Shown piece after piece: positions 52,738 through 61,897 of a stretch of DNA of 64,000 bases (position 1 is the stretch's first letter; each line of letters starts with the position of its first letter). The translations under genes were made by a program, and so were the position numbers. Origin of the DNA: an uncultured Candidatus Rokubacteria bacterium (GTDB lineage: Bacteria; Methylomirabilota; Methylomirabilia; Rokubacteriales; CSP1-6); NCBI GenBank assembly GCA_963771355.1, contig CAVYTA010000006.1, positions 2,656,001 through 2,720,000 of the forward strand, given 5' to 3'. The notes under the pieces are model-generated. The model was not told the origin of the DNA. It saw only the letters and a program-made list of their open reading frames with translations, and made no database searches.

Positions 52738-53654
52738 CAGCGGAACCGGATCCGCGGGTCGAGGTAGGTGTACATCACGTCGACCATGAAGTTCACGATC
52801 ACGAAGGTGCTGGCGAGCAGAAACACCGCCGCCTGCACCACCGGGTAGTCGCGGTTGAAGATCGCCTGCACCGACAGCCGTCCCACCCCCGGCCAGGCGA
52901 AGATGGTCTCGGTGATGACGGAGCCGCCGAGGAGCGTGCCCATCTCGATCCCCACGATGGTCACGATGGGGATGGAGGCATTCCGCAGGGCGTGCTTCCA
53001 CACCACCGGCGGCTCGCTCACGCCCTTGGCCCGGGCGGTGCGGATATAGTCCTGGCCGAGCACTTCCAGCATGCCCGAGCGCGTGAGGCGCGTGATGCGA
53101 GCGGTGGTGAAGAGCCCCAGGGTGATGGCGGGGAGCACGAGGTGCTCGAGGTCGCCGCGCCCCGACGAGGGAAACCACCCGAGCCGGACCGAGAAGACCA
53201 GGATGAGCATGATGCCGAGCCAGAAGGTGGGCATGGCCTGGCCGAGCAGCGCCACCACCGTCGAGATGTAGTCGATCGGCTTGTTGCGCCGCACCGCGGA
53301 GACAATCCCGGCGGGAATGGCCAGCGACAGCGCGATGAGGAGGCCCGCTCCCGCCAGCTCGAAGGTGGCGGGCAGCCGCTCGAGCACGAGCGTCATGGCG
53401 GGCTCCCCGTGCCGGAGGGACTCCCCGAAGTTCCCCTGTACCGCGCCCCGGAGGAAGCGGAGATACTGCACCGGCAGCGGGTCGTTGAAGCCCAGCGCGG
53501 CGCGGAGCTTCTCGATGTCCTCCGCGGTGGCGTCGGGCGGGAGGAGGAGAGCGGCGGGGTCACCGGTGAGGTGAAGGATGAAGAACACCACCACCGAGAC
53601 GCCGAGCAGGACGAGGAGGGATTGCCAGAGCCGGCGGACGAGGTAGGCCTTCAT
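52737..53654 (-). CDS. peptide/nickel ABC transporter permease (DppB-like)
   Basis: Motifs QYLRFL...QGNFG.S, DYIRTARAKG, ETIFAWPGVG, RDYPVVQ. Confidence 0.92.
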   Translation of the reverse strand: MKAYLVRRLWQSLLVLLGVSVVVFFILHLTGDPAALLLPPDATAEDIEKLRAALGFNDPLPVQYLRFLRGAVQGNFGESLRHGEPAMTLVLERLPATFELAGAGLLIALSLAIPAGIVSAVRRNKPIDYISTVVALLGQAMPTFWLGIMLILVFSVRLGWFPSSGRGDLEHLVLPAITLGLFTTARITRLTRSGMLEVLGQDYIRTARAKGVSEPPVVWKHALRNASIPIVTIVGIEMGTLLGGSVITETIFAWPGVGRLSVQAIFNRDYPVVQAAVFLLASTFVIVNFMVDVMYTYLDPRIRFR

Positions 53655-55066
53655 CGCGAGAGGTGCGCCACGACCTCGATGTGCGGCGTGTGCGGGAACA
53701 TGTCCACCGGCTGCACCCACTCGAGCCGGTAGCCGCTCCGGGCGAGCTCACCGACATCGCGGGCGAGCGTGGCGGGATTGCAGGAGACGTAGACGATCCG
53801 CGCGGGCGCGAGGGCGGCCAGCGCGGCGAGCGCCTTGGGATGGAAGCCCGCCCGGGGCGGGTCGCAGACCGCCACGTCCGCCATCACCCCGCGACTGAGG
53901 AGCTCGGGCAGGGCGAAGCGGACCTCGCCCGCCACGAAGGTGCAGTTGGTGATCCCGTTGGCGGCCGCGTTGCGCATCGCGTCCGCCACCGCGGCGGGCG
54001 CCATCTCGATGCCGTAGACGTGGCGACAGCGGCGCGCGAGGAGCAGGCTGATCGCGCCGGTGCCTGAGTAGAGATCGACCACCGTCTCGGAGCCGGTCAG
54101 CGCGGCCGCCCGCAGCACGAGGTCGAAGAGCCGCTCCGCCTGCGCGGTATTGGTCTGGAAGAAGGAGCCGGCCGAGACCTGGAAGACCACCCCGTCGAGC
54201 GATTCCCGGATATGGTCGCGGCCTCCGAGCAGATGCTCCTCCACGCCCACCGCCACGCTCGCCTTCTTGGGGTTGACGTTGAGCACCACGCTGGAGGTTT
54301 CCGGCACCCGCGCCTGCACGCGTCCCACCAGCGGCTCGAGCTCGGACACCGCGGGCGCCGAGGTCACCACGTTCACCATGGCCTCGCCGGTATGCGTGCC
54401 CTCGCGCAGCATCAGGAAGCGGAGCAGGCCCTCGCCGCTCTCCTGGTCGTAAGCGGTGAGCCGCCGCTCCGCGAAGAAGGCGCGCGCCTCCTGAAGCAGC
54501 GCGTTCATGCGGTCGGATTGCAGAAGGCAGCGCTCCACGTCGAGCACGGAGTCATAGCGATCCGCTTCGTGGAGGCCGACGACCACGTCGGTGCCGTCCA
54601 GAGCGCCGTCGAGGCGCCGCCCCACCGGAACCACCCGCTCGGCGCCCCTCGGGCGCGCGACCGTGAACTCCATCTTGTTCCGGTAGCCGTAGATGTCCGG
54701 CGCGGGAACGATGGGGCGCATCTCGAAGGCCCCCACCCCGCCGAGCCGCTGCAGGCAGTCCGCGACCTGCTTGGTCTTGAACGCGAGCTGGGCCGGATAC
54801 GCCAGATGCTGGAGACGGCAGCCGCCGCAGCGGCCGAAATAGGGGCACGGGGGCTCCACCCGATCCGGGGACGGCTGTTCCACCGCCTCGATGAGGCCGC
54901 GGCCGAAGCGCGAGCGGGCCTGGATCAGCCGGACGCGGACGGTGTCACCGGGAACGCCCCCCGGCACGAACACCACGTAGCCATCGGCGCGGCCGACGCC
55001 CTCTCCCCCGAACGCGAGGTCGTCGATGGCCACGGACAAAGTATCGCCGCGTCGAGCTCGCGCCAT
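53651..55066 (-). CDS. rlmD: 23S rRNA (uracil-C5)-methyltransferase RlmD
   Basis: TRAM domain, CPYFGRCGGC, FFQTN, DPPRAG, YVSCNP.TLARD, DMFPHTPHIE. Confidence 0.93.
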   Translation of the reverse strand: MARARRGDTLSVAIDDLAFGGEGVGRADGYVVFVPGGVPGDTVRVRLIQARSRFGRGLIEAVEQPSPDRVEPPCPYFGRCGGCRLQHLAYPAQLAFKTKQVADCLQRLGGVGAFEMRPIVPAPDIYGYRNKMEFTVARPRGAERVVPVGRRLDGALDGTDVVVGLHEADRYDSVLDVERCLLQSDRMNALLQEARAFFAERRLTAYDQESGEGLLRFLMLREGTHTGEAMVNVVTSAPAVSELEPLVGRVQARVPETSSVVLNVNPKKASVAVGVEEHLLGGRDHIRESLDGVVFQVSAGSFFQTNTAQAERLFDLVLRAAALTGSETVVDLYSGTGAISLLLARRCRHVYGIEMAPAAVADAMRNAAANGITNCTFVAGEVRFALPELLSRGVMADVAVCDPPRAGFHPKALAALAALAPARIVYVSCNPATLARDVGELARSGYRLEWVQPVDMFPHTPHIEVVAHLSR

Positions 55067-55163
55067 GTCGCGCTCACTATAAGGGTGCGTGGAATCGGAG
55101 TCAATTTGCCCTCCCCTCTTCGGAGTAGCCTCGCGCGGGAGGGTCAAGTATCATTGATCCAGG

Positions 55164-55670
55164 ATGAAGTCCGCGAGGTTCTCGGTGCCCCACCGCGTGG
55201 GTGATTTGCTCACCGCTGCCGTGCCCGCGCTGGCGGAGCGAATGCTGGCCGCCGCGATCCGCCGCGACTGGGCGGCCACGGTGGGCGGGGAGATGGCCCG
55301 GCGCTCCCGGCCCGCGTCGCTCGATCACGGCGTGCTGGAGATAGAGGCCGACAACTCCCCCTGGCTCATGGAGCTGCAGATGCGCACCGGGGAGATCCTG
55401 GAGGCGCTCGGCCGTCGATACGGGCGCTCGGTGCTTTCGCTCCGCTTCACCCTGGGCGCGCGGCCGGCCCCCGCCCCGGCGCCGGTGACCACCCGGCCGT
55501 CGCGCGCGGTGGCGCGGCTGAGCGCGGAGGAGACCCGTGAGATCGAGGCGGTCACGGCCTCGCTCGGCGATCCCAGCCTCGTGCGCGCGCTCCGCCGGCT
55601 GCTCACCAAGGACCGGCTGGCCCGCCGCCAGCCGGTCTCAATCTCGATAGCGGAAAAGGATCAGCCATGA
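55164..55670 (+). CDS. DUF721 / DciA family protein
   Basis: W...VG..MA..S.P....G.L.I......W..EL pattern. Confidence 0.75.
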   Translation: MKSARFSVPHRVGDLLTAAVPALAERMLAAAIRRDWAATVGGEMARRSRPASLDHGVLEIEADNSPWLMELQMRTGEILEALGRRYGRSVLSLRFTLGARPAPAPAPVTTRPSRAVARLSAEETREIEAVTASLGDPSLVRALRRLLTKDRLARRQPVSISIAEKDQP

Positions 55671-57439
55671 CCTTGCCACGCGTACTGACGCTGGCCGCGA
55701 TCCTCACGCTCACCGGCTGCGCGACGGTCTCGTCGCCCCCCGTCACCGAGCCCCGCCCGGCCCGCGCGGTGATGCCGCGTCCGGTGGCCGCCGACCGGCT
55801 TGGTGACTCCTACTACCACTTCTCGGTGGCGCAGATGCACGCGCGCGCGGGACGCATGCCGGAGGCCATCGCGGAGGTGCGCCAGGCCATCGAGCGTGAT
55901 CCCAAGACGGCGGCGCTCTGGACCCAGCTCGCCCAGTGGCTCGCGCGCGCCAATCAGCCCACCGAGGCCGTCGCGGCCGCGCAGAAGGCGGTGGAGCTCG
56001 AGCCCGAGAACACCTCCGCGTACCTGACGCTGGCCGAGCTCTATCGCCGAGCGCGCCGGCTGCCCGAGTCGGAAGCCGCCCTCGAGAAGGTGATCGAGAT
56101 CGCGCCGCAGTCCCCCGACGCCTACCTCGCCCTCGCGCAGCAGCACTTCGAGCAGAAGGCGTACGAAAAGGCCCGCGCCGTGCTGCTCCGCCTCATCGCT
56201 GAGCGGCCGGGGCTCGCCCAGGGGCACTATCTCCTCGGCCGCATCGCCATCGAGACCGAGAGCTGGGACGAGGCGCTCACGCGGCTGAAGCGGGCCGTCG
56301 AGCTGGATCCCGACCAGGACGGCGCCTGGCAGGCCCTCGGCTACGTCTACGAGAGCCAGAAGAAGCCGGACGAGGCGGTCGAGACGTACAAGGCCGCCAT
56401 CCGGGCCAACCCCGACAACGCGGCCTTCGTCGAGCGTCTCGGCGATCTCCTCGTACGGCTGGGCCGCTTCAAGGAAGCCCAGGCCGAGATCGAGCAGCTC
56501 GCGGAGGCGGCCCCGCGCGACCCGCGCGTCTGGCTCAAGCTGGGCGCCATCCAGTACGAGCAGAAGAGCTGGGACGCGGCGGCGGCGTCGTTTCGTCGCG
56601 CGCTGCTCCTCGAGCCCGGCAATCTGCGCGCGCGCTACTTCCTCGCCACCACCCTGATGGAAGCGGGCAAGGACGACGAGGCCAAGGTCGAGCTCGAGCG
56701 CATCCTCGTCGCCGATCCGCGGTCCGTGGACGCCCGGGTGCAGCTCGGCTTCCTCCTCAGCCGGGCCAAGCGCTACGACGAGGCGGTCACCGTGCTGCGC
56801 CAGGCGGTCAACATCGAGCCCAAGCGGCCGGAGCTCTTCCTCTACCTCGGCACCGCCCTCTTCCGCGGCAGCCAGTACGACCGGGCCGCCGACGTGCTGG
56901 GCGAGGGGCTGCAGCTCGACGACAAGAACAAGGACCTCTACTTCCAGCTCGGCGTGGTGCGCGAGAAGCAGCAGCGGTTCGACGACGCCGTCGCCGCCTT
57001 CCGCCGCGTGGTCGCGCTCGATCCCAAGCACGCGGAGGCGTACAACTACATCGGCTACATGTACGCCGAGCGGGGGCAGAATCTCTCCGAAGCGGTGGAG
57101 CTCATCCAGAAGGCGCTCGAGCTCGACCCCGAGAACGGCTACTTCATCGACAGCCTCGGCTGGGCCTATTACCAGCAGGGCAAGTACGCCGAGGCCCTCC
57201 GCGAGCTGCAGCGCGCCGCCGAGCGGGCCAAGGATGATCCGGAGATCTTCGACCACCTGGCCGACGCCTACGTGAAGAACGGCAAGGTCGAAGAGGCGAT
57301 CGCGGCCTGGGAAAAGGCCGTCTCGGTGGACAAGGACAATCGGCTCGGCGACAGCGTGAAGAAGAAGCTCCAGGAGGCGCGCGAGAAGCAGCTCCGGGCC
57401 AAGGGTGAGAGCCCCAAGCCGAAGATCGAAACGAAGTAA
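55667..57439 (+). CDS. TPR-repeat lipoprotein
   Basis: Lipobox LTGC; many TPRs; NYIGY and DSLGWAYY motifs. Confidence 0.9.
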   Translation: MTLPRVLTLAAILTLTGCATVSSPPVTEPRPARAVMPRPVAADRLGDSYYHFSVAQMHARAGRMPEAIAEVRQAIERDPKTAALWTQLAQWLARANQPTEAVAAAQKAVELEPENTSAYLTLAELYRRARRLPESEAALEKVIEIAPQSPDAYLALAQQHFEQKAYEKARAVLLRLIAERPGLAQGHYLLGRIAIETESWDEALTRLKRAVELDPDQDGAWQALGYVYESQKKPDEAVETYKAAIRANPDNAAFVERLGDLLVRLGRFKEAQAEIEQLAEAAPRDPRVWLKLGAIQYEQKSWDAAAASFRRALLLEPGNLRARYFLATTLMEAGKDDEAKVELERILVADPRSVDARVQLGFLLSRAKRYDEAVTVLRQAVNIEPKRPELFLYLGTALFRGSQYDRAADVLGEGLQLDDKNKDLYFQLGVVREKQQRFDDAVAAFRRVVALDPKHAEAYNYIGYMYAERGQNLSEAVELIQKALELDPENGYFIDSLGWAYYQQGKYAEALRELQRAAERAKDDPEIFDHLADAYVKNGKVEEAIAAWEKAVSVDKDNRLGDSVKKKLQEAREKQLRAKGESPKPKIETK

Positions 57440-58196
57440 CGCGCGCGGACTCGCCCTCCTTCTGCTCTGCCTGGTGCTCGGGGCCTGCGCATCCGCCCCG
57501 CCCCTCGTGCCCCTCACCCCCGAGGTGGAGGGCGCGCGCGCACGGATCGAGGACGCTTGGCGCAGCTTCCGGGATCTCCGCAGTCTGGCCGACATCACGA
57601 TCCGGCAGGGCAGCCGCTCCCAGCGGCTCTCCGGGGTGCTGCTCCTCAAGGCCCCCGCCGCCTTCCGCTTCGAGGCGCTCTCCCCCTTCGGCCCTCCCCT
57701 TCTCATCGTCGCGGGCTCGGCCGAGAGCGTGACGGTGTGGGAGGTGCTGCGGAACCGCGCCTATCTCCTGCCGTCCACTCCCGAGGCGAACCGCCGCTGG
57801 CTGGGCCTCGCGCTGCCGGCGGAGGATCTGGTGGCGTTCCTGGCCGGTCAGGTGCGGCCGATGCCCTCGCCGCAAACGGGCACCTTGATGCCCCCCGACG
57901 AGACGGGCCCCTCGCTGCGCCTGTCGGGGTCCGAGGGCACCCAGCGTATCTGGCTGGATCGGGCGGGCCGCCCGCTCAAGGTCGAGTGGACCGAGGGCAA
58001 GAGTCCCCTGCGCGTCACGTTCACGCGCGGCGACGACGGAGGAGACGGGGCGCCGCGACAGATTCGGCTCCAAACCCTCGACGGCAAGCTCGACGTCTCG
58101 GTGGTCTATCGCGATCCCCAGGTCAACACGGGACTCGACCCGGCGCTGTTGAGCCTGACTGTGCCGCAAGGCGTGGAAATCCAAGACTTCCGTTGA
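57405..58196 (+). CDS. outer-membrane lipoprotein, LolB-like (start uncertain)
   Basis: Lipobox LGAC; RFEALSPFG; lies between TPR gene and ispE, the usual lolB position. Confidence 0.6.
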   Translation: MRAPSRRSKRSNARGLALLLLCLVLGACASAPPLVPLTPEVEGARARIEDAWRSFRDLRSLADITIRQGSRSQRLSGVLLLKAPAAFRFEALSPFGPPLLIVAGSAESVTVWEVLRNRAYLLPSTPEANRRWLGLALPAEDLVAFLAGQVRPMPSPQTGTLMPPDETGPSLRLSGSEGTQRIWLDRAGRPLKVEWTEGKSPLRVTFTRGDDGGDGAPRQIRLQTLDGKLDVSVVYRDPQVNTGLDPALLSLTVPQGVEIQDFR

Positions 58197-58222
58197 CACT
58201 TCGACGCACCGCGTGTTAGTGT
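58193..58222 (+). promoter_or_regulatory. putative sigma70 promoter of ispE-tRNA-prs operon
   Basis: TTGACA-18 bp-TAGTGT with extended TG. Confidence 0.5.
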
Positions 58223-58230
58223 TCTCTGCC

Positions 58231-59127
58231 TTGTCGAAGCGGTCGAGGGCAGTCCACGGGCTCGTGATCCGTACCTCGGCCAAAGTGAACTGGACTCTGG
58301 AGGTCCTGGGTAAGCGGGAAGACGGCTACCACGAGCTCTCCACGATCTTGCAGTCGGTGGATCTCTGGGACCGGCTGACCGTCGAGCCGGCCGACACGAT
58401 CTCACTGGTGACGAGTGATCCGGGGCTACCCCTCGACGAGGGCAACTTGGTGGTGCGGGCGGCGCGGCTCCTGCAGAAGGAATCGGGCGTGACGGCGGGC
58501 GCACGGCTACACCTCGAGAAGCGGATTCCGGTGGCGGCGGGGCTGGGCGGCGGATCGAGCGACGCCGCCGCGACACTCTGGGGGCTGAACCGGTTGTGGA
58601 GGCTGCGCTGGCCCGTGAAGCGCTTGCAGGCACTGGGCGAGCGGCTCGGGATGGACGTGCCATTCTTCCTCGGGAAGGGACGAGCGGTGGCCACCGGGCG
58701 CGGCGAGCGGCTGCGGCCGCTGCCGCCGGGAGGCGGATACGCGCTGGTGCTGGTGAACCCAAACTTCCCGCTGTCCACACGCGACGTGTACGGCCGCGTA
58801 CCGGCGGGCTGGACGGCGGAGCCGGCGTCGACGAAGCGAATGCTCGAAGCGCTGAGGAGCCGCAGCCCGCGGCGGGTGGCGGCGGCGCTCGCAAACAATC
58901 TCGAGGCCGTGGTCGAGCCGGCGGTGCCGGCGATCACACGGATGAAGGCGGCGCTGGGGGCGGCCGGCGCGCTGGGCGCGGTGATGTCGGGAAGCGGGCC
59001 GACGGTATTCGGCGTCGCGCGCTCCCTGGATCACGCGCGGACGATCCGGCGCCGGGTGAATCGCGCGGGGTGGTCGGCATGGGCGGTGCGAACGCAGGCC
59101 GGCGCCTGCATCCGACAGGTGAGATAA
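58231..59127 (+). CDS. ispE: 4-diphosphocytidyl-2-C-methyl-D-erythritol kinase (start uncertain)
   Basis: Motifs AKVN..L...GKREDGYHEL, KRIPVAAGLGGGSSDAA, MSGSG. Confidence 0.93.
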   Translation: MSKRSRAVHGLVIRTSAKVNWTLEVLGKREDGYHELSTILQSVDLWDRLTVEPADTISLVTSDPGLPLDEGNLVVRAARLLQKESGVTAGARLHLEKRIPVAAGLGGGSSDAAATLWGLNRLWRLRWPVKRLQALGERLGMDVPFFLGKGRAVATGRGERLRPLPPGGGYALVLVNPNFPLSTRDVYGRVPAGWTAEPASTKRMLEALRSRSPRRVAAALANNLEAVVEPAVPAITRMKAALGAAGALGAVMSGSGPTVFGVARSLDHARTIRRRVNRAGWSAWAVRTQAGACIRQVR

Positions 59128-59138
59128 GACCGAATCAC

Positions 59139-59214
59139 TGGGGCGTGGCCAAGTTGGCAAGGCGCGGGACTTTGGATCCCGTATTCGGAGGTTCGAGTCC
59201 TCCCGCCCCAACCA
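59139..59214 (+). tRNA. tRNA-Gln(UUG)
   Basis: Acceptor stem TGGGGCG/CGCCCCA; anticodon TTG at 59172-59174; GGTTCGAGTCC T-loop; encoded CCA. Confidence 0.96.
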
Positions 59215-59307
59215 TTTTTCATCAACATGCTTTTCGCATGTTGAACGTGGGACGGTCAGGTCGGGGCAACCGGCTCAATACTGGCGTCAGTACAGGTGAA
59301 GGACGGC

Positions 59308-60252
59308 ATGATGGGTTATGACCTGAAGCTCTTCTCGGGGAATGCGAATCGGCCGCTCGCTGAGGAGATCGCCAAGACGCTCCAGCTCTCGCTGGGCGAC
59401 GCGGAGGTCTCGCGCTTCTCGGACGGCGAGGTGTACGTCCAGATCAACGAGAACGTCCGCGGCCAGGACGTCTTCGTGATCCAGCCCACCTGCCCGCCGG
59501 TGAACGACCACCTGATGGAGCTGCTCGTGATGCTGGACGCGTTCAAGCGCGCGTCGGCGCGCCGCATCACCGCGGTGCTCCCGTACTACGGCTACGGGCG
59601 CCAGGACCGCAAGGTGATGGGGCGGGTGCCCATCACGGCCAAGCTGGTGGCCGATCTCATCACCGCGGCGGGCTGTCATCGCGTGCTCGCGGTGGACCTC
59701 CACGCCGGGCAGATCCAGGGCTTCTTCGACATGCCGGTGGACCACCTCTTCGCCGCCCCGCCCGTGATCGTGGACTACCTCGCCAAGAAGGACCTGCGAG
59801 ATCCGGTGCTCGTCTCGCCCGATGCCGGCGGCGTCGAGCGCGCGCGCGCCATCGCCAAGCGCCTCAACGCGGGCCTCGCCATCATCGACAAGCGCCGCGA
59901 CGGCCCCAACGTGGCCGTCTTCATGCACCTCATCGGCGAGGTCGAGGGCAAGGACGTCGTCATCATCGACGACATGATCGACACCGCGGGGACCCTGATC
60001 CAGGCGGTGGACGCGCTCCGGCGCGAGGGGGCGCGGCGCATCCTCGCCGCCGCGGTCCACGGGGTGCTGTCCGGCCCGGCCATCCAGCGCATCAACGACT
60101 CGGTGCTCGAAGAGGTCGTCATCACCAATTCCGTTCCCCTCGCCCCCGACAAGCACGTCGCGAAGATCCGGGTTCTCTCGGTCGCCCCCCTGGTGGCCGA
60201 GGCGATCCGGCGCATCCACGACGAGGAGTCCGTGTCCGGGCTCTTCGTCTAG
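59308..60252 (+). CDS. prs: ribose-phosphate pyrophosphokinase
   Basis: Motifs FSDGE, PYYGYGRQDRK, DLHAGQIQGFF, SPDAGG, DDMIDTAGT. Confidence 0.97.
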   Translation: MMGYDLKLFSGNANRPLAEEIAKTLQLSLGDAEVSRFSDGEVYVQINENVRGQDVFVIQPTCPPVNDHLMELLVMLDAFKRASARRITAVLPYYGYGRQDRKVMGRVPITAKLVADLITAAGCHRVLAVDLHAGQIQGFFDMPVDHLFAAPPVIVDYLAKKDLRDPVLVSPDAGGVERARAIAKRLNAGLAIIDKRRDGPNVAVFMHLIGEVEGKDVVIIDDMIDTAGTLIQAVDALRREGARRILAAAVHGVLSGPAIQRINDSVLEEVVITNSVPLAPDKHVAKIRVLSVAPLVAEAIRRIHDEESVSGLFV

Positions 60253-60273
60253 CTCAGAAAGGAAGCCGTCGTC

Positions 60274-60966
60274 ATGGAAATGCGCGCACTGACCATCGAG
60301 AAGCGTGTCGGGACCGGCAAGGAAGCGGCCAAGCGCCTCCGCCGGACCGGCCGCGTCCCCGCCATCCTCTACGGTGGGAGCACGCCGGTGAACATCACCG
60401 TCAACCCCAAGGATATCTTCCGTCTCATCCACGGCCACGAGGGCGGCACCCAGCTGCTCCAGGTAGCCTTCGGCGACTCCCCCGACAAGCGGATGGCCAT
60501 CATCCGGGACATGCAGCTCGACCCCGTCACCGAGGATCTGGTCCACGTCGACCTGCAGGAAGTGGCGATGGACAAGCCCATCCAGGTCACCGTTCCCCTG
60601 CGCCACGTCGGCGAGCCGGTGGGGGTACGCGACACCAAGGGCATCCTCGAGATGATCCTCCGCGAGGTGCAGGTGTCCTGCCTCCCGGGCTCGATCCCGG
60701 AGTCGTTCACTGCGGACGTGTCCGAGCTGGGCATCCATGATGTCTTCACGGTCGGCCAGCTCGTGGCGCCGGAAGGCGTGCGCATCCTGACCGATCCCAG
60801 CCAGGCCGTCGCCACGGTGGCGCCGCCCATGGCCGAGGAGGTCGCGGTGCCGGCAGTGGCGACCGGCGTGGTCGCGGCCACTCCGGCCGAGCCCGAGGTG
60901 CTCACGGAGCGGAAGCCCAAGGAAGAAGCGGCCGACGAGAAGGAAAAGGACACCAAGAAGAAGTAG
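60274..60966 (+). CDS. rplY: 50S ribosomal protein L25 (long Ctc type)
   Basis: GK.AA.RLRR.G.VPAILYG; Q.DPV...L.HVD. Confidence 0.95.
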   Translation: MEMRALTIEKRVGTGKEAAKRLRRTGRVPAILYGGSTPVNITVNPKDIFRLIHGHEGGTQLLQVAFGDSPDKRMAIIRDMQLDPVTEDLVHVDLQEVAMDKPIQVTVPLRHVGEPVGVRDTKGILEMILREVQVSCLPGSIPESFTADVSELGIHDVFTVGQLVAPEGVRILTDPSQAVATVAPPMAEEVAVPAVATGVVAATPAEPEVLTERKPKEEAADEKEKDTKKK

Positions 60967-61533
60967 GTGGCGCAGGGCATCGTCGGGCTGGGCAATCCCG
61001 GCCCGGAGTACCGGGATACGCGCCACAACGTGGGGTCGCGGGTGGTGGACGGTCTCGCCAGGACACTGCACACGCGCTTCGCGCGCGAGGGCGGTCACCT
61101 GGTGGGGCCGGCCCGCTGGCATGGCGAGCCGGTCTATCTCATCAAGCCGCAGTCGTTCATGAACGAGACCGGGCCCGCGGTGGCCCGCCTGGCCCGGCGG
61201 CTGCACCTCGGGCCCGCCGACCTCGTCATCGTCTTCGACGACCTCGACCTCCCGCTGGGGACGGTCCGGGTCCGGATGAAAGGCAGCGCGGGCGGGCACA
61301 ACGGGGTTCGCTCGCTCATCGCGGCGCTGGGCACCGACGAGATCCGTCGGGTCAAGGTCGGCATCGGCCGCCCGGGGCCACCGGAAGGGACGGCGCGACG
61401 CCGTCCCGAGGTGGTGGACCACGTGCTGTCGCCCTTTTACCCCGACGAGGGGGAGGTCGTGGAGGCCGCGTGCGCGGAGGCTGCCCAGCACGCGCTGAGG
61501 CTCCTGGAGAGTCGCCACGGCGCCCGGGCCTGA
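60967..61533 (+). CDS. pth: peptidyl-tRNA hydrolase
   Basis: Motifs VGLGNPG..Y..TRHNVG, KPQSFMN, DDLDL, GGHNG. Confidence 0.95.
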   Translation: MAQGIVGLGNPGPEYRDTRHNVGSRVVDGLARTLHTRFAREGGHLVGPARWHGEPVYLIKPQSFMNETGPAVARLARRLHLGPADLVIVFDDLDLPLGTVRVRMKGSAGGHNGVRSLIAALGTDEIRRVKVGIGRPGPPEGTARRRPEVVDHVLSPFYPDEGEVVEAACAEAAQHALRLLESRHGARA

Positions 61534-61634
61534 GCTCTTGGGGAGCTCCAGATTGCGGCCCAGGGGGGGCCATGGTATACAGTCGTCGTTTAGCCATCCG
61601 TTGTCCGTAAAGGTCCCGGAGAGGGGGGACGTGA

Positions 61635-61829
61635 GTGACCAAGGTCATCGTGGAGCCCGACGAGTCCTTCGAGAACGCACTGAAGCGGTTCAAGAAGCAG
61701 TGCGAGAAGGCCGGGCTCATGTCGGAACTGCGCAAGCGCCAGCACTACGAGAAGCCCAGCGTCAAGCGGAAGCGCAAGACCCTGGCGGCGCGCAAGAAGG
61801 CGAAGAAACGCGAGCGGTTCTCCGAGTAG
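61635..61829 (+). CDS. rpsU: 30S ribosomal protein S21
   Basis: [14 protein letters not shown]...[12 protein letters not shown]. Confidence 0.96.
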   Translation: MTKVIVEPDESFENALKRFKKQCEKAGLMSELRKRQHYEKPSVKRKRKTLAARKKAKKRERFSE

Positions 61830-61897
61830 TCGCCGGCGGTAGCGGGGTCGAATGGGCCCAGGTCCAGGGCCTGCTCGCCCGGCAGACGCACACCCCC